Shown here in pieces: positions 19,451 to 31,069 of a stretch of DNA of 64,000 nucleotides (the stretch's first letter is position 1; each line of letters begins with the position of its first letter). A program made the position numbers and the translations under genes. The notes beneath the pieces are model-generated. The model had not been told where the DNA came from. It did no database searches and saw only the letters and a program-made list of their open reading frames with translations. This stretch comes from an uncultured delta proteobacterium. GTDB taxonomy: Bacteria; Myxococcota; UBA727; VGSZ01. Location: the NCBI GenBank assembly GCA_963775425.1, contig CAVZJB010000011.1, positions 736,001 through 800,000 of the forward strand, given 5' to 3'.

Positions 19451-22441
19451 ATGACGACGACCGCGAAGCCCGATCCCATGGACGAAGAGATCCTCAAGCT
19501 CGGCGGGTTGATCAGCGCCGCGATGAAGGGCGAGACGCCGGGCGTGTTCAACAAGGCCTACTGGGAGGGCGCCATCCTCGAGTGGGCCATGAAGGACCCG
19601 TCGTTCAAGGTCGACATGTTCCGGTTCGTCGACGTCTTCGCCTCGCTCTCCACGCGCGACCAGGTCACCCAGCACATCCGCGAGTACCTGCTGAAGGACG
19701 GGCGCGACCTCCCCACGCTGATCTCGGCGGCGCTCAAGGCGGCCACCGCCGGCATCACCGCCCCCGTCGCCCAGGCCACCATGCGCAAGCAGATCGAGGG
19801 CATGGCCAACCGCTTCATCGTCGGCGCCGACGCCAAAGAGGCGCTCTCCGAGCTCAAGAAGCTCCACAAGGACGGCATCGCCTTCACGGTGGACCTCCTC
19901 GGCGAAGCCACCGTCAGCGAGGACGAGGCCGACGTCTACGCCAAGCGCTACCTCGACCTCATCGACAACCTCTCGGACGAGGCCTCCAGGTGGCCCGCCG
20001 ACGACGTCATCGACCGAAACCACCTCGGGCCCATCCCGCGCACCAACGTCTCGCTCAAGATGTCGGCGATGTACTCGCAGATCGACCCCGTCGACGTCGC
20101 CGGCTCCGTCGCGGCGCTGAAGAAGCGGGTGCTGCCGCTGTTTTTGCGCGCCAGGGAGAAGAACGTCTTCCTGAACGTGGACCTCGAGCAGTGGGCCTTC
20201 CACGACATCACGTACGATCTGTTCGAGGACGTCGTCACGCACCCGGAGCTCAAGGGCTGGCCGCACATCGGCATCGTGGTGCAGGCGTACCTCAAGAGCG
20301 CGCGCAAGGACGCCGAGCGCCTCGCCTCCCTCGCTCGTCGTCGGGGAGCGCCGCTCGCGGTGCGGCTGGTGAAGGGCGCCTACTGGGACTACGAGACGGT
20401 GCTCGCGCGCCAACAGGGCTGGGACTGCCCGGTGTTCCCCGAGAAGGCGCAGACCGACCAGAGCTACGAGCAGCTCTCGCGCTACCTCCTCGAGAACATC
20501 GACCACCTCTCGCCCGCCTTCGGCTCCCACAACCTGCGCTCGCTGACGCACGCGCTCGTGCTCGCGCGCGAGATGAAGGCGCCGGAGCGCGCGTACGAAG
20601 TGCAGATGCTCTACGGCATGGCCGAGCCCGAGCGCAAAGCGTTCCGCGCGCAGGGCACCCGCGTGCGCGTCTACGCGCCGGTCGGCCAGCTCCTGCCGGG
20701 CATGGCGTACCTCGTGCGCCGCCTCCTCGAGAACACGTCGAACTCGGGCTTCTTGAAGCTCTCGCACCACGACCACGTCGACGTGCAGAAGCTCATGCAG
20801 CGCCCGCAGGTCGCCGGCGTCGTCGAGAAGCCGCTGCCGATGAAGCGCGGCGACCTGCGCACGCCTTTTTCCAACTGCGCCCTCGCGGACTTCTCGCGGC
20901 CGGCGGCGCGTGAAGCGTTCGCCAAGGCCGTCTCCGCCGTGGAGCGCACGCTTCCGCGCGCGGTGCCGGTGGTGGTGGCGGGCAAGGAGCGGGCGCCGTC
21001 GGCGTCGGCGCCGGGCTTCGCGCGGATGTGTCCGAGCGAGGCGTCGCGCAAGGTGGCCGACGTCGCCGCGGCCACGCTCGCCGACGTCGACGCCGCCGTC
21101 GCGAGCGCCAGGGCCGCGTACCCCGCGTGGCGCGATCGTCCGCTGGAGGAGCGCGCGCTCTTCCTCGAGAGGCTCGCCGACGCCATGGAGGAGGACCGCG
21201 ACGCCATGGCGGCGCTGCAGTGCTTCGAGGTGGGCAAGCCCTGGAAGGAGGCCGACGCCGACGTCGCCGAGGCCGTCGACTTCTGCCGCTACTACGCGCG
21301 CCGCGCGCTCGTGGAGCTGGCGCCGCTGAAGCAGGGGAACGTCTGGGGCGAGGACAACACGCTGTCGTACGAGGGCAGGGGCGTGTGCGTCGTCATCGCG
21401 CCGTGGAACTTCCCGCTCGCCATCCTCGCCGGCATGGCCTCCGCCGCGCTCGTCGCGGGCAACACCGTGATCCTCAAGCCGGCGGAGCAGTCGTCGGCGG
21501 TGGCGCACGGCTTGTTCGCGGCCATACGCGCCGCGGGCTTCCCCGACGACGTGGTGCACTTCCTCCCCGGCGTCGGCGAGGAGATCGGCCCGGCGCTCGT
21601 CGAGCACAAGGACGTCGCCCAGATCGCGTTCACGGGGTCCAAGGCCGTCGGCCTCGCCATCGTTCAGGCCGCGCACGTCACCAAGCCCGGGCAGGAGCAG
21701 GTCAAGCGCGTCGTCTGCGAGATGGGCGGAAAGAACGCCATCGTCGTCGACGATGACGCGGACCTCGACGAAGCCGTTCAGGGAGTCGTCAAGAGCGCCT
21801 TCGGCTTCGCGGGCCAGAAGTGCTCGGCGTGCAGCCGCGTGCTCGTGCACGCCGCCGTCGCCGACGGCTTCATCGAGCGCCTCAAGGCCGCCGCGCAGAG
21901 CATCGTGATGGGGCCGGCGCAGTCGGCGCACACCACGCTCGGCCCGGTCGTCGACGACGACGCACACGCGCGCCTCATGGGCGTCATCCGTGCGCCCGGC
22001 GAGGGCGCGGCGCCGATCTTCGTCGGCGAGGCGCCGCAGGGCGGGACCTTCGTGCCGCCGGCCGTCTTCGAGGTACAGGACGCGGGGCACATGCTCATGC
22101 AGCGCGAGCTCTTCGGCCCGGTGCTCGCCGTGTTGCGCGTGAAGTCCTTCGACGACGCGCTCACCGTCGCCAACGGCACCGAGTTCGCGCTCACCGGCGC
22201 GGTGTTCTCGCGGAGCCCCGCGCACCTCGACGTCGCGCGCAAGAAGTTCCGCGTCGGCAACCTCTACCTCAACCGCGGCAGCACCGGCGCGCTCGTCGAG
22301 CGGCAGCCCTTCGGCGGCTTTCACATGAGCGGCATCGGCACCAAGGCCGGCGGCCCCGGCTACCTCCAACTGTTCGCGGACCCGCGGGCGGTCACCGAGA
22401 ACACCATGCGCCGCGGGTTCACGCCCGAGCTCCAGGAGTAG
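19451..22441 (+). CDS. putA: Bifunctional proline dehydrogenase / P5C dehydrogenase (no N-terminal DNA-binding domain)
   Basis: FRFVDV, DLLGEA, VRLVKGAYWD, YLVRRLLEN, PWNFPLAI, FTGS, EMGGKN, GQKCSAC, QPFGG. Confidence 0.95.
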   Translation: MTTTAKPDPMDEEILKLGGLISAAMKGETPGVFNKAYWEGAILEWAMKDPSFKVDMFRFVDVFASLSTRDQVTQHIREYLLKDGRDLPTLISAALKAATAGITAPVAQATMRKQIEGMANRFIVGADAKEALSELKKLHKDGIAFTVDLLGEATVSEDEADVYAKRYLDLIDNLSDEASRWPADDVIDRNHLGPIPRTNVSLKMSAMYSQIDPVDVAGSVAALKKRVLPLFLRAREKNVFLNVDLEQWAFHDITYDLFEDVVTHPELKGWPHIGIVVQAYLKSARKDAERLASLARRRGAPLAVRLVKGAYWDYETVLARQQGWDCPVFPEKAQTDQSYEQLSRYLLENIDHLSPAFGSHNLRSLTHALVLAREMKAPERAYEVQMLYGMAEPERKAFRAQGTRVRVYAPVGQLLPGMAYLVRRLLENTSNSGFLKLSHHDHVDVQKLMQRPQVAGVVEKPLPMKRGDLRTPFSNCALADFSRPAAREAFAKAVSAVERTLPRAVPVVVAGKERAPSASAPGFARMCPSEASRKVADVAAATLADVDAAVASARAAYPAWRDRPLEERALFLERLADAMEEDRDAMAALQCFEVGKPWKEADADVAEAVDFCRYYARRALVELAPLKQGNVWGEDNTLSYEGRGVCVVIAPWNFPLAILAGMASAALVAGNTVILKPAEQSSAVAHGLFAAIRAAGFPDDVVHFLPGVGEEIGPALVEHKDVAQIAFTGSKAVGLAIVQAAHVTKPGQEQVKRVVCEMGGKNAIVVDDDADLDEAVQGVVKSAFGFAGQKCSACSRVLVHAAVADGFIERLKAAAQSIVMGPAQSAHTTLGPVVDDDAHARLMGVIRAPGEGAAPIFVGEAPQGGTFVPPAVFEVQDAGHMLMQRELFGPVLAVLRVKSFDDALTVANGTEFALTGAVFSRSPAHLDVARKKFRVGNLYLNRGSTGALVERQPFGGFHMSGIGTKAGGPGYLQLFADPRAVTENTMRRGFTPELQE

Positions 22442-22445
22442 GTCG

Positions 22446-24101
22446 GTGGACACAGCGCCAAAAAACGGGATGGCCGACGGACCCGACACCTCGCTGCCGC
22501 TCTTGCACAAAGACGCCTTCGAGGCGCGCGGGCGCGGCATCTGGAAGGTCGATCCCGAGCGGATCGAGGGGACCGAGGCCGCGCGCGTGGTCCTCGTCAC
22601 CGCGATGACGCCGACCCCCGCGGGCGAGGGCAAGACCACCACCACCATCGGCCTCGTCGACGGGCTGCGCCGGCGCGGCGTGCGCGCGGTGGGCGCGCTG
22701 CGCGAGCCGAGCCTCGGCCCGCTGTTCGGCCGAAAGGGCGGCGCGGTCGGCGGCGGCCGCTCGCGCGTCGAGCCCGCCGACGCCATCAACCTCCACTTCA
22801 CCGGCGACATCCACGCGGTGACGTCGGCGCACAACCTGCTCGCCGCCATCGTCGACAACCACGTGTTCCAGGGCCTCGCGCCGAAGATCGCCACGGTGAC
22901 CTGGGGCCGCGTGCTCGACATGAACAATCGCGCCCTGCGCACCGTCGAGGTGGGCCTGGCCACGCCGAAGCACGAAGGCGCCGTGCACAGGAGCCGCTTC
23001 GACATCTCCGCGGCGTCGGAGGTGATGGCGGTGCTGTGCGTGTCGTCGTCGATCGAGGACATGCGCGCGCGGCTCGATCGCATCGTCGTCGGCGCCACCC
23101 CCGAGGGGAGACCGGTGACCGCCAAGGACCTCGGCGCGTCCGGCGCGATGGCCGCCATCCTCCTCGACGCCGCCCGGCCCAACTACGTCGAGTCCCTCGA
23201 GCACAGCCCGTTCTTCATCCATGGCGGCCCCTTCGCCAACGTGGCGCAGGGCACGTCGTCGCTGATGGCCACGCGGCTCGCGCGCAAGCTCGGCGACGTC
23301 GTCGTTACGGAGGCGGGCTTCGCCTTCGACCTCGGCGGCTTCAAGTTCCTCGACATCAAGTGCCGCATCGGCGGCTTCCTGCCGGCGTGCGTGGTCCTCG
23401 TGTCCACCGTGCGCGCGCTGCGCTTCCACGGCGGCGGCGCGGACCACGCACAGCCGGACGCCGCGGCCGTGTCCCGCGGCCTCGACAACGTGGCCGCGCA
23501 CGCCGAGAGCATGAAGCGCCTGGGCCTGGCGCCGCCGGTGCTCGCCATCAACCGCTTCCCCGACGACTCCGTCGACGAGCTCCGCCTCGTCCACGAGCGC
23601 GCGCGCGCCTTGGGCGTCGTCGCCGCCGAGGGCACGTACTTCGCCGACGGCGGCGCGGGCGCGCTGGCGTTGGCCGACGCCGTCATCGGTGGGATGAGCG
23701 CATCGAGCGAGCCGAGCTACGCCGGGCCGTACGCCGACGGCGATTCGCTGTCCGACAAGATCGCCAAGGTCGCGCGCACGGTGCTCGGCGCGGAGGGCGC
23801 GGTGCTCACCGACGCCGCCAAGGAGGACCTCGCGCACCTCGAGAAGCTCGGCCTCGCGCACCTGCCCATCTGCCTCGCCAAGACCCACCTCTCCATCAGC
23901 GACGACGCCAAGGTGAAGGGGCGGCCGCCGCCGTTCACGCTCAAGGTCACCGGGCTGCGCGCGTCGGCCGCGGCGGGCTTCGTCGTCGTCTTGTGCGGGG
24001 CCATCCTGACCATGCCGGGGCTCCCCAAGGATCCCGCGGCGTCACGCATCGACGTCGAGCGCGATCCCTCGGGGCGCTGGCGCGTGCGCGGCCTCGCGTG
24101 A
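22446..24101 (+). CDS. fhs: Formate--tetrahydrofolate ligase
   Basis: TPTPAGEGKTTTTIGL, REPSLGP, INLHFTGDIHA, HGGPFAN, VTEAGF, TMPGLP. Confidence 0.95.
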   Translation: MDTAPKNGMADGPDTSLPLLHKDAFEARGRGIWKVDPERIEGTEAARVVLVTAMTPTPAGEGKTTTTIGLVDGLRRRGVRAVGALREPSLGPLFGRKGGAVGGGRSRVEPADAINLHFTGDIHAVTSAHNLLAAIVDNHVFQGLAPKIATVTWGRVLDMNNRALRTVEVGLATPKHEGAVHRSRFDISAASEVMAVLCVSSSIEDMRARLDRIVVGATPEGRPVTAKDLGASGAMAAILLDAARPNYVESLEHSPFFIHGGPFANVAQGTSSLMATRLARKLGDVVVTEAGFAFDLGGFKFLDIKCRIGGFLPACVVLVSTVRALRFHGGGADHAQPDAAAVSRGLDNVAAHAESMKRLGLAPPVLAINRFPDDSVDELRLVHERARALGVVAAEGTYFADGGAGALALADAVIGGMSASSEPSYAGPYADGDSLSDKIAKVARTVLGAEGAVLTDAAKEDLAHLEKLGLAHLPICLAKTHLSISDDAKVKGRPPPFTLKVTGLRASAAAGFVVVLCGAILTMPGLPKDPAASRIDVERDPSGRWRVRGLA

Positions 24102-24148
24102 GCGCCGCACCCCTCGCCGCGCTTTCGTCGCGGTGCTAACCCGCGCGC

Positions 24149-25216
24149 ATGATTCTCGCCGCCGTCGCCCTCGCGCTCCTCGCCGCCGATCCCGCGCCGC
24201 CGCCCGCGCCCGCGCCGCCGCCTCCGGCGCCCGCGCCGCCGCCGCCCGCGCCCGCGCCGGCGCCGGCGCCGAAGAAGGCCGCGCACAAGCGGGCGCCCCG
24301 GGCGAAGGCGCCGCGGAAAGACGCGAAGAAGGGCGAGGCGGCGAAGGCGGGAGAGAAGGCGCCGGCCAAGGAGCTGCACACGCCGGCCAAGGGACACCTG
24401 GTGCTCGGCAAGGAGACGGTGGGCAAGCGGTCGACGTTCGTCGTCTCCGTCGGGGACTGCAGGGTGCCGAAGGGGGCGCCCAAGGGGACGCCCGCGGAGT
24501 GCGCGGTGCAGGTGCAGCTCAAGTCGCGGAAGCAGAAGCTGCCGTGGACCTCGCCGGCGGGCGCCGTGTACCAACAGGGCGACGCCAACTTCGCCATCGG
24601 CGACGACGCCGACACGGCGCTGGCGGTGTCGTGGAAGCCGCTGTCGATCGCCAAGGGCGTCGACGGCATCATGGTCACGGAGCAGAGCGGCGGCGAGCGC
24701 GTGAAGCAGCGCCACGACGTGTTCCTCGACGTGCGCGGGCGCCTCGACTACGCGTTGTCGGCGGGGCCGCAGCGCGGCGAGGACACGTGGTCGACGGTGT
24801 CCACCCTCGACGTCGACGGCAACGGCAGCCAGGAGATCATCCTGGTGCACGCGTCGCGGCCGGACGCGGAGACCGAGGCGGACGAGTGGGACATGTCCGT
24901 GTGGGGCTGGCGCGCCGACGTCCGCAAGATCGTGAAGCTCCCGTCGTGGACGCCCACCATCCACGCCGCCATGGTGGGTGAGTTCAACAGCGTCGCCGCC
25001 GCGCGGGAGCTCGCGAAGGAGAAGTGCCTGCGCGAGTTCATCGTCGTCGACAGCAAGAGCGCGCCGCTCCTCGAGGAGAACATGTTCGCCGTGGTCTACC
25101 CGGCGGCCACCGAGCGGGACGCCGAGCTCGCGCTCGAGGCCGCCACGGCGTGCGACGACGACATCGTGGGCGCGGTGAAGATCATCTCGCGCGGCATGGA
25201 CGTCAAAGCCGAGTGA
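24149..25216 (+). CDS. Hypothetical exported protein with Pro-rich N-terminus
   Basis: Signal peptide, Pro/Lys linker, DVDGNGSQEI Ca-binding-like loop, normal codon bias. Confidence 0.8.
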   Translation: MILAAVALALLAADPAPPPAPAPPPPAPAPPPPAPAPAPAPKKAAHKRAPRAKAPRKDAKKGEAAKAGEKAPAKELHTPAKGHLVLGKETVGKRSTFVVSVGDCRVPKGAPKGTPAECAVQVQLKSRKQKLPWTSPAGAVYQQGDANFAIGDDADTALAVSWKPLSIAKGVDGIMVTEQSGGERVKQRHDVFLDVRGRLDYALSAGPQRGEDTWSTVSTLDVDGNGSQEIILVHASRPDAETEADEWDMSVWGWRADVRKIVKLPSWTPTIHAAMVGEFNSVAAARELAKEKCLREFIVVDSKSAPLLEENMFAVVYPAATERDAELALEAATACDDDIVGAVKIISRGMDVKAE

Positions 25217-25222
25217 GGCTCC

Positions 25223-25585
25223 TCAGCAGAAGGTCTCGACGTCGTCGAGCGCGTCGCGCGCGGCGCCGCGCACCGCGGGATCTTGCAGGAGCGGCTCGAG
25301 GAGCGCGCGCAGCCGTCCGGCGCGCTCTCCGCCCCCGCCGTGCACGCGCGCGAGGTGGCCGCACGCCCGCGCCGCGGCCGCGCGCACCAGGGGGCTGTCG
25401 TGGCGCAGCGCGGCCGACAGCCGCCCCTCGAGCCACGCGTCGTCGTCGACGGAGAGCGCGGCCGAGATGAGCGCGGCGGCGACGGCCTGCGCGTCGGCAC
25501 CTTCGTCGTCGAGCGCGTGCTCCGCTTGTTCGCGCGTGAGCGCCGGCGGCTGCTCGTAGCGGCGATCGTCGGGGGAGCGGGTCAC
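25223..25585 (-). CDS. Putative immunity protein (HEAT-like, CdiI-like)
   Basis: GTG start overlaps the toxin TGA (GTGA). 120 aa helical protein: YEQPPALTREQAEHAL...LRHDSPLVRAAAARACGHLARVH...DPAVRGAARDALDDVETF. Confidence 0.75.
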   Translation of the reverse strand: MTRSPDDRRYEQPPALTREQAEHALDDEGADAQAVAAALISAALSVDDDAWLEGRLSAALRHDSPLVRAAAARACGHLARVHGGGGERAGRLRALLEPLLQDPAVRGAARDALDDVETFC

Positions 25586-26544
25586 AGGAGCTTCCCGTTG
25601 CGGGCCACCAGGCCGGCGTGGATGAGCGCCTGCTGCATGTCCGGGTGGAGCTGGTTCCACGTGCGCGTGTGCGCGTGGAACACGCCGGCGACGGTCTCGT
25701 CGAACACGACGTATTCGTGCGCGTCCTTGTCGATGCCGACGCGGCGGGAGCTCTCGCTCTTCACCTGCACGCTGGCGTCGAGGACCTCCTGGCCGTGCGT
25801 GGGCGCGGGGCTCACGTAGCCGCCCTGCACGGTGCCCACGTGGTGCTTGGGCGACGCTTCGTACACGCGGCCGGGGGCGTCGTCCGTCTCGGACGGCAGC
25901 ACGAGCCCCACGGCCTGCGCGAACGCCTCGACGCGTGCGCGCTCGCGGTCTCCGCCGCTGGTGTCGCCGACGCCGCACCAACTGCGCGCGACGACGAGCA
26001 GCGCCGTCACATGCGCGTCGAAGGACGTCCGCACGCCCATGGCCTCGGCGATGCCGGCGAGCCCGCGGATGCGGTCGGGGCCCACGAAGAGGTCGGCGCG
26101 CCCGAGCAGCTCGGGCAGCAGCCGGTCGGCGTGGGCGCACAGGATCTCGTCGAACGCGGCGGTGACGCCGAGCTCGCCGGCGACGGCGCGCAGCGCGAGG
26201 TGATCGTCGAGGCCGGCGCGGGGCCGCGACAGCTCCTTGTACGCCGTGCGCAGGAGCTTGCGCTGCTCGTCGCTCAAGCGGCCGTCGACGCCGCGGCGCA
26301 TCCGCACCTGCGCGAGCTGCAGCGCCTGCGTGCTCGACGAGCCACCCGCCGGCGCTTTGCCCACCGGCGTCTTGTCCGTGGACAGCGCGAGCTTCTTCTT
26401 GGCCGCGTCGACGGCGGCGTCGTCGCTCGTCGTCGTGCCCTGCTTGGCGACCTCGGCGAGCGTGGCCTCGACGTTCGGACCCGGGTGAACGGGCCCGTCG
26501 AGGCGCGCGTGTCGGAGCTGACGCTGCCGGGTCTTGTCGAGCAC
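25582..26544 (-). CDS. Putative polymorphic toxin with C-terminal CdiA-CT-like RNase domain
   Basis: GTG at 26544, 1 nt after the upstream stop. The last ~95 aa (YEASPKH...SPAPTHGQEVLDASVQVKSESSRRVGID...VFDET...FHAHTRTWNQLHPDMQQALIHAGLV) resemble, from recall, the Cupriavidus taiwanensis CdiA-CT type of toxin tip. Confidence 0.7.
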   Translation of the reverse strand: MLDKTRQRQLRHARLDGPVHPGPNVEATLAEVAKQGTTTSDDAAVDAAKKKLALSTDKTPVGKAPAGGSSSTQALQLAQVRMRRGVDGRLSDEQRKLLRTAYKELSRPRAGLDDHLALRAVAGELGVTAAFDEILCAHADRLLPELLGRADLFVGPDRIRGLAGIAEAMGVRTSFDAHVTALLVVARSWCGVGDTSGGDRERARVEAFAQAVGLVLPSETDDAPGRVYEASPKHHVGTVQGGYVSPAPTHGQEVLDASVQVKSESSRRVGIDKDAHEYVVFDETVAGVFHAHTRTWNQLHPDMQQALIHAGLVARNGKLL

Positions 26545-26545
26545 C

Positions 26546-27145
26546 TCAGCCGCCGAACCGCAGCCACGACGGCGGCCAGCGCCGCGTCTGCTCAGCGTCG
26601 AAGTGGACGACGCGCACGTTGCCGTAGTCGAGCTTGGTGACGTCGATGCCCGCGAGGTCCTTGGTGTACGCCGGGAGCGCCGCGCGCACCGGGACCCAGT
26701 AGGTCGGGTAGTCGAGCACGCGCATCGAGTAGCCGAACCAGTGCTTGGGCATGGCGCGGAGGCTGACCCCGGGCCGGGTCTCGTCCCCGCGCGTGCCGCC
26801 GCGGCCGAGGAAGCTCTCCATCCGGCGGCCGTCGAACATCTCGTTGTAGGCGTCGACGATCCAGGCCTTCTTGATGTCGTGCTCGTCGCCGTAGGCGTCC
26901 CACGCCGCGTTGTCGAAGGCGAGCGCGACGGCGTGGTCCTCGTAGTCGGTGCCGTCGGGGTTGACGACGCGCACGTAGAGGTAGCGGGTCTCGACGCCGG
27001 CTTCGCGCAGCGCGAGGTGGGTGAGCATGGCGTGCTCGCGACAGACGCCGGCCCCGGCGTGGACGTAGTCGCCCGGGCCCGCGCCGGAGACGTCGTCGAG
27101 GTGCCGCTTGGGTGTATGGCCGCGGAGCCGATCGAGCAGGCCCAT
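26546..27145 (-). CDS. Transglutaminase-like (Cys-His-Asp) protein
   Basis: GDYVHAGAGVCREHA...DHAVAL...WIVDAY has the spacing of a papain/transglutaminase triad. Confidence 0.7.
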   Translation of the reverse strand: MGLLDRLRGHTPKRHLDDVSGAGPGDYVHAGAGVCREHAMLTHLALREAGVETRYLYVRVVNPDGTDYEDHAVALAFDNAAWDAYGDEHDIKKAWIVDAYNEMFDGRRMESFLGRGGTRGDETRPGVSLRAMPKHWFGYSMRVLDYPTYWVPVRAALPAYTKDLAGIDVTKLDYGNVRVVHFDAEQTRRWPPSWLRFGG

Positions 27146-27169
27146 CGGTCGCAGTCTACTCTAGCCGCG
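27146..27169. promoter_or_regulatory. Putative bidirectional leaderless promoter
   Basis: 24-bp divergent gap. Minus strand TAGACT-N7-ATG(27145) and plus strand TACTCT-N7-ATG(27170) overlap at a shared TA. Confidence 0.6.
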
Positions 27170-28360
27170 ATGACCCGAGACCTCCCTTCTCGCCGGCAGG
27201 TGCTCGGCGGCATGACGCCGGCCACATTTCTCCGGCGCCACTGGCAGAAGCGGCCGCTCCTGGTGCGGCAGGCGTTCCCGGGGTTCGCCGGCCTCGTCGA
27301 CGTCGATGCGCTCTTTTCGTTCGCCGTCGAGCCGGGCGCCGTGTCGCGCGTCGTCGTGGAGCGCGCTTCGCGCGCGGGCTCGCGCTGGTCGCTCTACGAC
27401 GGCGCCCTCGTCGACCCGCACAAGCTCCCGCCCTCGCGTTGGACGGTCCTGTTGCAGGGGGCCGAGGGCTTCGTCGACGGCGGCTGGGACCTGCTGCGCG
27501 CGTTCTCCTTCATCCCGGCGGCGCGCGTCGACGACCTGATGATCAGCTACGCAGCCCCCGGCGGCTCGGTGGGCCCGCACGTGGACCTCTACGACGTGTT
27601 CCTCCTGCAGGGGCCCGGCCGGCGTCGCTGGCGCATCGAGACCGGCTCCTCCACGGGCCCGCGCGCCGTCGACGAGCGCGCGCCCATCAAGGTGCTCACG
27701 GACTTCGCGCCGGACGCCGAGTGGGTGCTCGAGCCGGGCGACATGTTGTACCTGCCTCCCGGCGTCGCCCACCACGGCGTCGCCGTCGACGGCTGCTTCA
27801 CGTACTCCATCGGCTTCCTCGCGCCCTCGCTCGAGTCGCTGGTGCAAAACTGGCTCGCGTACCTCGCGCAGACCGTCGAGATCGACCCGCTCGCGCTGTA
27901 CGCCGACCCCAGCCTCCGTGTGCCCTCGGACCCCGTCGTGTTGCCGGACGAGATGGTGCGCGCCGTGAAGAGGCTCGTCGCCGGCATCGGCGGTGACGTC
28001 GAGGAATTCCTCGGCCGCCTGCTCACCGGTCCGAAGCCCCATGTCGTGTTCGACGCGCCCGCGCGCCCCGTCTCTCCCTCGCGCTTCGCCGCGCGTCTGC
28101 GCGGGCGCGGCGCCCTCGCCCTGGCCAGGAAGAGCCGCGGACTCGTGTGCGGCGGCCGCGTGTTCCTCAACGGTGAGGCCCTCGTCGTCGACAAAGAGAC
28201 GCGCGACGTCCTCGCCACGCTCTTTCGCGAGCGGGCGGTGGCGCTCCCCTTCAGCGCGCCCGACGACGCAGTCGCGTGGCTTCACGGCGCCTACGCCGCC
28301 GGCTGGTTGCGGACGCAACGGAACCAGGCGCGTAGTGAGGCGCCCGCGGAGCGCGTTTGA
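27170..28360 (+). CDS. JmjC/cupin 2-oxoglutarate oxygenase (YcfD/RoxA-like uL16 hydroxylase)
   Basis: FLRRHWQKRPLL, RVDDLMISYA, VGPHVDLYDVFLLQG, LEPGDMLYLPPGVAHHG, TYSIGF. Confidence 0.9.
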   Translation: MTRDLPSRRQVLGGMTPATFLRRHWQKRPLLVRQAFPGFAGLVDVDALFSFAVEPGAVSRVVVERASRAGSRWSLYDGALVDPHKLPPSRWTVLLQGAEGFVDGGWDLLRAFSFIPAARVDDLMISYAAPGGSVGPHVDLYDVFLLQGPGRRRWRIETGSSTGPRAVDERAPIKVLTDFAPDAEWVLEPGDMLYLPPGVAHHGVAVDGCFTYSIGFLAPSLESLVQNWLAYLAQTVEIDPLALYADPSLRVPSDPVVLPDEMVRAVKRLVAGIGGDVEEFLGRLLTGPKPHVVFDAPARPVSPSRFAARLRGRGALALARKSRGLVCGGRVFLNGEALVVDKETRDVLATLFRERAVALPFSAPDDAVAWLHGAYAAGWLRTQRNQARSEAPAERV

Positions 28361-28394
28361 TACGCGCGAAGGCCGCGCGCGACCCTGAGCCCCT

Positions 28395-30944
<2,550 letters not shown>

Positions 30945-31069
30945 GTTCCCCTCGCTGTTGTCTTGGGCGCGGGCGTCGTCTTCGTCGAGCCCGCCGGCGC
31001 TCGTGTTAGGCCGCCCGCGCGCGGCGGCGCAAGTGACCCGGCGTGCTCCCACCGAGGAGCGCGAAAACG

